A stretch of DNA of 64,000 nt from a virus: the IMG/VR virus record IMGVR_UViG_3300019776_000365, positions 26,822 through 90,821 of that record; one strand, given 5' to 3'. A program made the translations under genes and the position numbers. The notes under the pieces were generated by a model that saw nothing but the letters and a program-made list of their open reading frames with translations, did not search any database and had not been told where the DNA came from. Positions 42,627 to 51,487 of the stretch are shown piece by piece; within the stretch, counting starts at the first letter, position 1; the number at the start of each line of letters is the position of its first letter.

Positions 42627-43411
42627 ATAAAATTGTATTTAACAAAACAAATTCAAACAAATATAACCCAAAAATAAAAATAAAGCAACACAAAAACCAC
42701 CTGAACAATCGTCTAAGGTTGGTCTGATTTTAAATAACCACATAATATTTAGTGTTAAAAATGTTATTGACTAAAGTTAATTATAGCTCAAATTGAGCAA
42801 ATGGTTTGAGGGTGGATAATCTCCCTCTCATAATAACAGCAAAACGTAGACGATAAGCCGCTGTTTTATAGTGTTTTACATTAGAACGTCTCATATTTAT
42901 TTAGAATTAGTTATAAATAAGTTTAAAATAAAAACCTCTGTATAACATACAGATTTGCTTTTGTTTTGCTGTATAATATATGTACGCGTACATTATATAT
43001 AGCAGTAGTGGTATGTATCATATAGAAAAGAAGTGTCAATCCTTATCGAAGGGATTGAGGTTGTAATAAATGGTTTTATAGCTTCGGACTTATTATTATA
43101 GTTTAACCATTAAAAATCATCTATAATTGCTTACCTATTGTCTTCTAAGCACTAATACTGACACTGTTTGTTGCTATATATTTTACAACTCTAAGATTTT
43201 AATTTACGATATAACAAAATATTGTTTTAATTACTCTCTACGTTTATAGTAGGTGAGCCTATTCGGCATATCTTGCAATTAAAATTACTCAGCACTTCTT
43301 TTATATGACATATATATGTATCTAATAGAATATTATTAGTTATCTATTAGAACACAAACAAAACAAAAAAAATAAAAGCAGTTTATACACTTGCTTAGGT
43401 GTTGAAAGATC

Positions 43412-43696
43412 TTAAAATAAAGAGCCTTCGGATTGTTTTTTGCCATCACCCTCGTTATGTAGTACATAGTAAGGCTGACCTTCGTCGTTTTTGAATTCGC
43501 TAATGACTGGTTTTGTTACGTCATTAAATGAGTGAATCTTAGTTGACACGAAACACACAGGCACATGAGGTGCATCGGCTTCAGCGCAATACATAGACTC
43601 GCCTGACTTAGATTTAAATAAGTCGAGAGATGTGATTTTCATCTTTTTAACGAACTCTTTAACACTGTAGGTGTTGATAGGATTGAAATCTGACAT
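43412..43696 (-). CDS. hypothetical protein, first gene of the - strand block
   Basis: 94-aa ORF with visibly higher GC than its neighbours. Confidence 0.7.
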   Translation of the reverse strand: MSDFNPINTYSVKEFVKKMKITSLDLFKSKSGESMYCAEADAPHVPVCFVSTKIHSFNDVTKPVISEFKNDEGQPYYVLHNEGDGKKQSEGSLF

Positions 43697-43955
43697 ATTA
43701 TACTACGGTTTCCACACTTGAGCAACCGAAAAGCTTTAAATTATTGATTTTGAAAACACTAAACGTCTGAAACCCAAGGGGGTACAACAGCCGCTCCAAA
43801 ATTAGTGGGGGAGTTAATACGGGGGTATCTCACTCTCAAAAGAATTTACAGTAAAAATTTTTACGATAAAAAATATTTTTGTTGTATTTTTTTTTATATC
43901 ACAGTAAACACTCTTATCTTATTGAATAACAGGTATATATTTTTTTGTAATAGTA

Positions 43956-43987
43956 TTTGGATATGTCAAATATTTTTATTATATTTG
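43956..43987 (+). promoter_or_regulatory. Bacteroidota sigma70-type promoter
   Basis: TTTG-N20-TATATTTG. Confidence 0.7.
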
Positions 43988-44427
43988 TACCACTTGAATA
44001 ACTAATCACAGTTATTATCACCCTAGAGGGCAGAAATGTAGTTATAGGGTCAGAAGTTGGGTTGTATAATTTAGTATTTTAATTAGAGATGTCCCCAATA
44101 CAAGTAAAAATTGCCTATATATAAGTAGTCTTGATGAGCCAAGTGATTGAGATAATTGGTAGAGGATAAAATCATCCATTAGGGGTATAACCAAGACGCA
44201 GACTATGAAGTTATAGGTTAATATAGCACTATAGTAATATAGATGTTTTTAGTCATTTGGTTGGCTAGGACCTATTATGTTTAATAATTAATAAGATAAA
44301 AACAATATGATACAAATAGCTTCTTCAATAGTTATTGTAGTGATAATACTCTGTATTGAATGTATATATAATAAGTGGTATAATCATAGGAAGAAATAAT
44401 TTAACAAAAAAAATAATTAGTAAAATA

Positions 44428-44459
44428 TTTGTTTATTTGAATTATTTGATTTACCTTTG
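44428..44459 (+). promoter_or_regulatory. Bacteroidota sigma70-type promoter
   Basis: TTTG-N20-TACCTTTG upstream of the 44480 ORF. Confidence 0.7.
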
Positions 44460-44479
44460 TATTATAAATAAAAACAGAT

Positions 44480-44668
44480 ATGAAAAGAAAGACTTGCAAA
44501 GAAAGTATTAAGAGTAATCAGATTGGTGAGGATTTTGATAAGTTTGATTTCATTGAAGATGAAGAATCAAAAGTATTCGTAGATAAACTAGGCATTCAAT
44601 TCGATTCTAAAAATTGGGCAACTATCTTTTATTGTAGTCAGACTATGGATAACTTTAATTTATTTTAA
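44480..44668 (+). CDS. small hypothetical protein upstream of the tRNA cluster
   Basis: 62-aa ORF with its own promoter and an A-rich leader. Confidence 0.55.
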   Translation: MKRKTCKESIKSNQIGEDFDKFDFIEDEESKVFVDKLGIQFDSKNWATIFYCSQTMDNFNLF

Positions 44669-44669
44669 C

Positions 44670-44700
44670 TTGCGTATTTAATTTGTTTTGTTTACTTTTG
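44670..44700 (+). promoter_or_regulatory. Bacteroidota sigma70-type promoter for the tRNA cluster
   Basis: TTG-N20-TACTTTTG. Confidence 0.6.
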
Positions 44701-44830
44701 TGTCAGTAGAATAATCGTAGATTAAGTAGATATTTTAAAACCCTTCGAGTTAAAGGAAAGCCACGCTTGCCTCTGTAAAGAAAGAGAAAAACTTTAGTGG
44801 ACATGATGAGGAGTGGGAGCTCATCAAACT

Positions 44831-44901
44831 AGGAGTATCGTTTAACGGTAAGACATCAGACTTCAACTCTGATTTTGTGGGTTCGAAACCTGCTGCTCCT
44901 G
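44831..44901 (+). tRNA. opal suppressor tRNA (anticodon UCA), tRNA-Trp-like body
   Basis: Acceptor AGGAGTA/TGCTCCT, discriminator G, anticodon arm TCAGA-CTTCAAC-TCTGA (TCA at 44863-44865), T loop TTCGAAA; no long Sec-type variable arm. Confidence 0.92.
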
Positions 44902-44907
44902 CCGATA

Positions 44908-44980
44908 TGTGGAGTGCAAGTAATGGTAACTGGTAGGTCTCATAAGCCTTACGATGGTAGTTCGACTCTACCCTCCGCAA
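44908..44980 (+). tRNA. tRNA with CAU anticodon (Met; initiator versus elongator unresolved)
   Basis: Acceptor TGTGGAG/CTCCGCA-A, loop CTCATAA, T arm GGTAG-TTCGACT-CTACC. Confidence 0.85.
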
Positions 44981-45141
44981 CATAAGCTCTAAGTACACGA
45001 GATCGAAATCAGCGAAAGCCTATCGCAGCTATATGTAAGTGATATTGATTAACAATATTATCTGCTGATGCTAAAATGTCGCTCTGAATCGTTAGTCAGC
45101 GCAGTTTTGTAGTTCTGGGGTTATTTCAAAAACTACAACTT

Positions 45142-45223
45142 ACTCCAATGGCGAAATTGGTAGACGCAACAGATTTAAGTTCTGTCGGTTTTTATCGTGA
45201 GAGTTCGAGTCTCTCTTGGAGTA
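45142..45223 (+). tRNA. tRNA-Leu(UAA)
   Basis: Acceptor ACTCCAA/TTGGAGT-A, arm ACAGA-TTTAAGT-TCTGT, long variable arm. Confidence 0.9.
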
Positions 45224-45232
45224 CTATAAACT

Positions 45233-45306
45233 GCTCAGGTAGCATAATTGGTAAATGCCTATGGCTTATATCCATAAGATAGTGTGTTCGATCCACACCC
45301 TGAGTA
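45233..45306 (+). tRNA. tRNA-Ile(UAU)
   Basis: Acceptor GCTCAGG/CCTGAGT-A, arm TATGG-CTTATAT-CCATA, T arm GTGTG-TTCGATC-CACAC. Confidence 0.88.
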
Positions 45307-45337
45307 CTAAAAATAATAATATAATAAATAAAACAGC

Positions 45338-45745
45338 ATGATTATAGCTATAGATTTTGATGGAACATGCGTAACTCATGATTTTCCAAATGTAGGTAAA
45401 GATATAAATGCGGTTCCAGTCTTAAAAAGACTTCAAAATGAGGGGCATTTGTTTGTATTAAATACGATGAGAAGTGGCGAGTATTTGGAATTCGCTGTTA
45501 ATTGGTTTAAAACAAATGGATTAAATCTTTTTGGAATTAATGAAAATCCAACTCAAAGTAAATGGACTTCTTCGCCTAAGGTTTATGCACATATCTATAT
45601 TGATGATGCAGCATTAGGTTGTCCATTAATTTATGATAAACATGATAGACCTTATGTAGATTGGAGTAAAGTAGAAGATTATTTTTTCAATTCAAACTCA
45701 GCAAACTTAACAGCTAATAGTCAATCAATTCACACAAATGATTAA
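45338..45745 (+). CDS. HAD-superfamily phosphatase (BT0820-like)
   Basis: IAIDFDGT, T.R, K.YA..YIDD. Confidence 0.85.
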   Translation: MIIAIDFDGTCVTHDFPNVGKDINAVPVLKRLQNEGHLFVLNTMRSGEYLEFAVNWFKTNGLNLFGINENPTQSKWTSSPKVYAHIYIDDAALGCPLIYDKHDRPYVDWSKVEDYFFNSNSANLTANSQSIHTND

Positions 45746-45944
45746 ACTAGAAATTACTCTATTTGATGATACGCAACTAAATCCCAACATTAGGGTTGTG
45801 AATAACATCATTAGAGCGGTAGGTAAAAACAATGGTTATTGCCCATGTGTAATAGCAGGATTACAAACAGAAGATACTAAGTGCCCATGTAGGGCTTATA
45901 TTCAAAACAGAGATTGTAAGTGTACTTTATATATTAAAAAATAA
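45738..45944 (+). CDS. ferredoxin-thioredoxin reductase catalytic-subunit-like small protein
   Basis: GYCPC, KCPC, CKC.LY. Confidence 0.7.
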   Translation: MIKLEITLFDDTQLNPNIRVVNNIIRAVGKNNGYCPCVIAGLQTEDTKCPCRAYIQNRDCKCTLYIKK

Positions 45945-45948
45945 ACTT

Positions 45949-46161
45949 ATGAAAGAAAAACTTACTAACGTTATAACAACTTACGGTGTTGATAATATTG
46001 ATGCACTACTTGTAAATGATGAGACTTATGGTAAGATTGCTAAAGAGCTTTTTTACTTTAGTAGTGACTATATGAAATCTAGACTGTATTACATGGATAT
46101 TTCTATAGAAAGAGATGATTCAGTGCCAACTGGCGATGTTTATATTAGAGATAAAAACTAA
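45949..46161 (+). CDS. hypothetical protein
   Basis: 70-aa ORF in the operon. Confidence 0.6.
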   Translation: MKEKLTNVITTYGVDNIDALLVNDETYGKIAKELFYFSSDYMKSRLYYMDISIERDDSVPTGDVYIRDKN

Positions 46162-46391
46162 TGAAGTATATATATCACTATTTTAATCAGTTAAACTCTA
46201 ATGATGTGTGGCGTACACAAAAAGGATATGCAGGCTGGTATGATAAATCTGTTATATCTGATAGCGGTACACCTGTAACTCACATGTACTACTGTAGAGA
46301 GGATAATGACGAACCATTAAGAATAACACCATCTATGGAATATAAAGATGAATGGACTTTAGGTGATGATGATATAATTTTTATGTATTAA
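46161..46391 (+). CDS. hypothetical protein
   Basis: 76-aa ORF with TAATG overlap. Confidence 0.6.
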   Translation: MKYIYHYFNQLNSNDVWRTQKGYAGWYDKSVISDSGTPVTHMYYCREDNDEPLRITPSMEYKDEWTLGDDDIIFMY

Positions 46392-46393
46392 TT

Positions 46394-46714
46394 ATGGGTA
46401 TACTAGATAAATATATAGAAGAGTTTAATAGACTTGATAAACCAAAGAATTTTCCATACAAACTAACATGTGATCTATCTACAATAAATAGATTGTGTGG
46501 ATATGGGGTTGAAAAATATATTGTAGAAAAGCATTTAAATATTAATCTTATAAAAGATATATCCGAGAATTTTACTACATATGTAAAACTTTTTACTATA
46601 GTTGATGAAATTTGCACTGATGATGTTGTAAATTATGAGGATGAATTAGACAAAAATCTTATAAAAACATTTGAGAAAATTAAATTTCAGGATACATTGA
46701 GAAATCTATTTTAA
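46394..46714 (+). CDS. hypothetical protein
   Basis: 106-aa ORF. Confidence 0.6.
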   Translation: MGILDKYIEEFNRLDKPKNFPYKLTCDLSTINRLCGYGVEKYIVEKHLNINLIKDISENFTTYVKLFTIVDEICTDDVVNYEDELDKNLIKTFEKIKFQDTLRNLF

Positions 46715-46716
46715 AT

Positions 46717-46923
46717 ATGAACGAAGATTATAATGAAGAAAAAGTAGCATACTGTAAATCATGTTTATCGTTGCGTATAGTCAACTTGGGAGATGACGAT
46801 ATAGTACCATACTACTGTGACGATAAAGGCTGTGGTAGCACTGATATTGGCTACACAGATATACATACATGAGAATTGCTGTATGAAAAAAGATATAACA
46901 AAAAGTATATAACCAAAAAGTAA
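46717..46923 (+). CDS. Zn-ribbon protein (68 aa with TGA=Trp), absent from the ORF track
   Basis: MNEDYNEEKVAYCKSCLSL...YCDDKGCGSTDIGYTDIHT*ELLYEKRY; TGA at 46870; fills the intergenic gap. Confidence 0.8.
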
Positions 46924-46931
46924 ATAACAAA

Positions 46932-47186
46932 ATGGGAGAAGTTAAAGAAAAAAAAGAACTTACTTACGAAGAGCTAAAAACAGTCGCAGATCAATTGCAC
47001 CAACAAAATCAAATGTTGATTAAAGAGGTCAATCAACGTGGCAATGCAGACTTTCATAAACGAGTAGAATATCTATTCAAGGTAATTGAAAATAAATCTG
47101 TATTTAATGAAGGATTTGTTTCTAACTGTGCTAAAGAAATTCAATCTATTATTACAATACCAGAACAAGTAGAAGAACAAAAATAA
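46932..47186 (+). CDS. hypothetical coiled-coil protein
   Basis: LTYEEL...QL.QQN, RVEYLFKVIE. Confidence 0.75.
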   Translation: MGEVKEKKELTYEELKTVADQLHQQNQMLIKEVNQRGNADFHKRVEYLFKVIENKSVFNEGFVSNCAKEIQSIITIPEQVEEQK

Positions 47187-47187
47187 T

Positions 47188-47592
47188 ATGGCGACACCAG
47201 CAATATCAAAAAACTCAAATATTGCAAAAGTCCCAGCTAAGTTAGATATTGATTTTTTCTATAAATGGTTATCATTTTTACAACCATTTCATAAGTTATC
47301 AAATAAAGAAATGGAAGTTCTGTCTGCATTTTTAAAAAAACGACACGAATTGGTTCAGTTAGTTAGAGATGAAAATGTACTTGATAACCTTTTAAAATCA
47401 ATAGATGTTAGAAAAGAAATACGAGAGTCAATTGGTATGAATATATCGCAGTTTAACATATTATGCACTAAACTCAGGAAAACTGGGGCTTTAACTGAGA
47501 ATAAAATAAACAAAAGATACATACCTAATATTGAATTTGACTCAAAAGAGTATAGATTGATTATTATATTTGATTTAAATGACAAAAATTAA
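47188..47592 (+). CDS. hypothetical protein, possibly winged-HTH
   Basis: FF.KWL.FL.PFHKL, KLRK.G, IN.RYIP. Confidence 0.7.
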   Translation: MATPAISKNSNIAKVPAKLDIDFFYKWLSFLQPFHKLSNKEMEVLSAFLKKRHELVQLVRDENVLDNLLKSIDVRKEIRESIGMNISQFNILCTKLRKTGALTENKINKRYIPNIEFDSKEYRLIIIFDLNDKN

Positions 47593-47917
47593 ATCTATAT
47601 ATTTAAATAAAGACTTAATCAAGATGGCTAAGATAACGTCTGAAAAACTAGGTATAGAACTTCACTTAGTTATATTGGCATACAAGTCTTATTTTGATTG
47701 TATAAAAGAAACTTTTGAGAGTATAGATTATAGTAGCATAAAGTCAGAAGATGATTTAAAAACTATAAACTCATCATTTAATGTAAATGGTATTGGAAAA
47801 TTCTATACATCATTTAAAATAATAGATAAGTTAAATAACAGAAAATTTAAAAATGAAGATTCTAAATATAAAGAAAGCAACACCAATGTTTACACGGTTG
47901 ATCACAACCGCAGATAG
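47579..47917 (+). CDS. HU/IHF-like DNA-binding protein
   Basis: N-terminal helices followed by FNVNGIGKFY. Confidence 0.5.
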   Translation: MTKIKSIYLNKDLIKMAKITSEKLGIELHLVILAYKSYFDCIKETFESIDYSSIKSEDDLKTINSSFNVNGIGKFYTSFKIIDKLNNRKFKNEDSKYKESNTNVYTVDHNRR

Positions 47918-48308
47918 ATATACAGAGAAAGAAGCAACACATAATGGTATTATTGACAGCTCAAAGGTAAATGTTATTAAAGATCTGCAAACTATTGTGT
48001 CAGTATCAGAGCAAGCTACTGCTAGGGATTTAAAAGTAGGTGATACAATCTTGCTAGATTTTGGTAGATATGCTCAAATGAAGCAGAAGAAAGACTCATT
48101 GAAGGCTACCACAGATGAATTCTATAATAATGTGGCATCATATAATATTCCAATTATTATGATTAATCTAGAAGAGCATTTATTTGTAGATATTTCAGAC
48201 GTTCAACTAGTGGTAGAAGAGCATGAGTTCATCGATGAGGGTGAAGGCTTTATTACTGGTGGCCCTAAAGATATTATTAATACAGATAAAAAACTAATTT
48301 TACTATAA
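47853..48308 (+). CDS. GroES-like fold protein
   Basis: PMF.RLI.T...Q.IV.V....R.LKVGD pattern. Confidence 0.5.
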   Translation: MKILNIKKATPMFTRLITTADRYTEKEATHNGIIDSSKVNVIKDLQTIVSVSEQATARDLKVGDTILLDFGRYAQMKQKKDSLKATTDEFYNNVASYNIPIIMINLEEHLFVDISDVQLVVEEHEFIDEGEGFITGGPKDIINTDKKLILL

Positions 48309-48309
48309 T

Positions 48310-48597
48310 ATGGATTTTGGAGAAGCAATTAAAGAATTAAAAAGAGGTAATCTAGTTTCAAGAACCGGATGGAATGGTAGTGGAATGTTTATTATGAAAC
48401 AAATCCCAGCAGAGATTGGTTTAGATATCATCCCCAAAATGCAAAGTGTTCAACAGTCTGCAAAAGATGTTTTAATTGATCGAAATACAACTTTAAAATA
48501 CAATAACCAAATGCTGATTATCAAACAAGATGGAACTGCTGATTCATGGGTTCCAAGTTCTAGCGATGTATTTGCAGAAGATTGGATTATACTATAA
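48310..48597 (+). CDS. DUF2829 / Tad2-like anti-defence protein
   Basis: MDFGEAI..LK.G..V.R.GWNG.GMF ... W.PS.SD..AEDW. Confidence 0.8.
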   Translation: MDFGEAIKELKRGNLVSRTGWNGSGMFIMKQIPAEIGLDIIPKMQSVQQSAKDVLIDRNTTLKYNNQMLIIKQDGTADSWVPSSSDVFAEDWIIL

Positions 48598-48622
48598 TAC
48601 CCTAGTGGGTACAATATTAACT

Positions 48623-48648
48623 AAGCCCATGTAATAATGGGCTTTTAT
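48623..48648 (+). terminator. Rho-independent terminator
   Basis: AAGCCCAT/ATGGGCTT stem followed by a T-rich tail. Confidence 0.6.
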
Positions 48649-48659
48649 TGTTTAAATAC

Positions 48660-49199
48660 ATGAGATTATTTGAATATTCAAATTATAAATTAAATATAGC
48701 ACCAGAGGTATATACAGTAAAAGCATTTAAGGATCTTGTTAAACGAGATAGAACTGTAGAAAAAACACAAGCAGAACAAGCGTTTTCTTTCATTTATTTC
48801 GTATATGACCCAAGGAGTGACTTGCAGTATATAACTGATGAAGATGAGCGTATATCAAGAGCAATAGAGCTTTTAGGTATAAATGACAAGTTTAAGGTAG
48901 ATGAAGTTATATCAAAAGCTATAGAGGTGTATAAGAGTCTTACAAAGACAACATCTTCTATGCTACTTGATGACATTAAAATGAGTGTTGACAAGATTAG
49001 GGAATACCTTAGAGATGCCTCTGTTAACGATGACACCTTTGATAGATACACTAGGGCTGTAGAACGATTAATACCACTTACAGAGAAGGTTACTAATGCA
49101 GAGAAAGTTGTAGTTAAAGAAGTAGAAGAACTGTCTAAGATGCGTGGTGATAAGCAACAAACCTTGTTAGACGGAGGTTTTAGTAACTTTATGAAATAA
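48660..49199 (+). CDS. conserved protein upstream of the terminase (candidate small terminase subunit)
   Basis: MRLFEY start; FIYF.YDPRS; TAATG overlap with terL. Confidence 0.65.
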   Translation: MRLFEYSNYKLNIAPEVYTVKAFKDLVKRDRTVEKTQAEQAFSFIYFVYDPRSDLQYITDEDERISRAIELLGINDKFKVDEVISKAIEVYKSLTKTTSSMLLDDIKMSVDKIREYLRDASVNDDTFDRYTRAVERLIPLTEKVTNAEKVVVKEVEELSKMRGDKQQTLLDGGFSNFMK

Positions 49200-51487
49200 T
49201 GAGTAATATAATTATACCAACAAACAAATATCAAACACAGATAACCGACGATCTTTTAAACGGTCTAAAAGATGAGGTTAAAAGTGAGTTGTTTGATATT
49301 ATAAATAATGTAGAATTTGTTAGACGAATTATATCACCAGATAGAAAGTATGCAAAAGATTGTGATAAAGATTCATCAGGTAGACTAATTGTCGATCTTT
49401 GCAATCCTCACATACTTGAAAATATGGATTACTTTAGGGAGTCAGCTATACACTTTCAAAAGCACGGAGTATATACTAAATTAAGACCAAACCCAAACCC
49501 ACAATCTGAGTATGGTCAATGGCTTAAAAGAGAGCTACTTAGGTGTTGGAATGGCATGGTAAGACAATCAGATGGGGAGTGGATTACTGGCGATATGTAC
49601 TTCTATTTAAATTACTTCCCAATTATTCAAACTAAAATTAGGAAGGGTACTAAAATTGGAGACCGTATAACAGATTTACCAGAAGTCTGAGAAGGAGTAT
49701 ATTGAAGATTTCATTATATGGAGCAAGCTAAATATGGTGGAATATATAACGATTTTAAAGGTGCAAATCATGGTTGTGAAATAGCTCGAAGGGGGGCTAG
49801 CAAGTCGTATACGATAGCATCTATATTATCTAAGCATTTTATATTAGGCGACAATGAGATATCAAATAGCAAGGTTAAATGTTTAATTAGCGCATATCAA
49901 AAAGAATTTCTAGTTAAAGATGGCACTTTAAATAAATTCTCAGATGGGTTGGCTCATTGCTCTAAATATACTCAATTTCCATCTAAAAAGCTAAAACAAT
50001 CATGGTCTGATTTAACATGAAGGGCTGGGTATATAGATACAGATAGAGATGTAGAGGCTGGTACTCTAAATGAAGTTATAGGCGTAGCAGTAAAAGATGA
50101 TGAAACAAAACTAAATGGAAAACGTAGTGTAAAAATGTTTTACGAAGAGTTTGGTATGTATCCTAAGTTTCTGGATGTATGACAGTTAGGTCTTCCAAAT
50201 GTTCAAGAAGGTGAAGTTGCATTTGGTTTTGCATACTCAATTGGCACGGGCGGGGCAGAGGGGTCTGACTTTATGGGAGCTTTAGAAATGCTTAACCACC
50301 CAGAAGGATACAATGTTTATTCATTACCTAATTTTTGGGATAAAAATTCTCAAGGTAAAAAGAAAACTATATTTTTCTTTCCAGGATATATTAATTCAAA
50401 GGGTTATTACAATAATGATGGAGTATCAGATGTTATAGGCGCTCTTATATCCGAGATTGAATTCAGGGTTAACCTGAAATACAACTCATCAGATCCAATG
50501 CAGTTGACTAGAAGAAAGGCTAATACAGCTTTTACTATACAAGATGCTATCATGAGACGAGATGGGTCGTTATATCCATCAGATAAACTAAATGACGTTA
50601 TTAATCAAATATCATTAGATCCAACATATACTGATGATATGTGGATTGGTAGATTAAGGATATCTAAAAATGGTGATGTTGAATATAAGCCAGACAATGA
50701 CGTTAAATATATAACAGAGTTTCCACATAAAGATAACAAACATAATGGTGCTATATGTATAAAGCACATGCCAGTTAGAGATAGCTCTGGCAGAGTTCCA
50801 TGAGGTAGATATATAGCTGGCATTGACACATTTGACGATGATGGTTCAGATACATTATCGTTGTTTAGCTTATTTATATTAGATTTGTTTACCGATGAAT
50901 TAGTATTTGAATATACTGGTCGTGAGATGTTTGCTGATGATTCTTATGAGGTAGCTCGTATGGCATTATTAATGTATAATGCTGAATGCAACTATGAAAA
51001 TAACAAGAAGGGGTTTTTTACTTATATGTCTAAACACAATTGTTTATACTTACTGTCTGATACATTGGATTTTCTTAAAGATAAAGAAATTGTTAAAGGC
51101 GGTATGTATGGCAATAAAGCCAAAGGTACTGGCAATTATGGTAGTGTAGCGCCATATGCTAGAAGATGTATTAGAGATTACCTATTAAAAACATCAGAAA
51201 ATATTCAAGTAAAAGAAGTTGATGGTAAGCTAGAATCATTATCAACTACCAATATATTTAATTACCAAAAGATATGGTCAAAAGCATTACTGCAGGAGTT
51301 AGCTTCATGAACTCCAGATGGTAACTATGATAGGCATGATGCTATAGCAATGCTTATGTTGCTTAGAGAAGACAAACTTAGACTTCTTGGTAACACATCA
51401 GCAAAGGATGCTATAAACAATAGAGATGTTAATTACGCTGGTAATGACGAATTTTTTAAGAAGAATTATAAAAGAAATAAATCATAA
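49199..51487 (+). CDS. terL: terminase large subunit (762 aa with TGA=Trp)
   Basis: Four ORF fragments in one frame joined by TGA at 49688, 49703, 50018, 50180, 50801 and 51308. Motifs: RRGASKS (Walker A-like), YEEFG (Walker B), GTGG, YIAGIDTFD nuclease motif, YENN, NYDR. Confidence 0.92.

Noticed and set aside
42623-42742. Small hydrophobic - strand ORF that could read through one TGA to an ATGA overlap
   Set aside because: Under 40 codons and ambiguous, since TGA would have to act as both sense and stop; cannot be supported.
43805-44005. 66-aa + strand ORF
   Set aside because: GTG start, low-complexity AT sequence, and it overlaps a promoter.
44831-44901. tRNA-Sec / selenocysteine insertion
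   Set aside because: No long variable arm or extended acceptor stem; TGA contexts fit Trp rather than Cys; no sel genes visible.
44981-45140. HDV-like theta ribozyme or hammerhead next to the tRNAs
   Set aside because: Could not fit the nested double pseudoknot or a CUGAnGA/GAAA core with the right stems by eye.
49199-51487. Terminase (and other + strand genes) as fragmented pseudogenes or separate small genes
   Set aside because: All breaks are in-frame TGA with no frameshifts or TAA/TAG, and a UCA tRNA is present; recoding explains them better.
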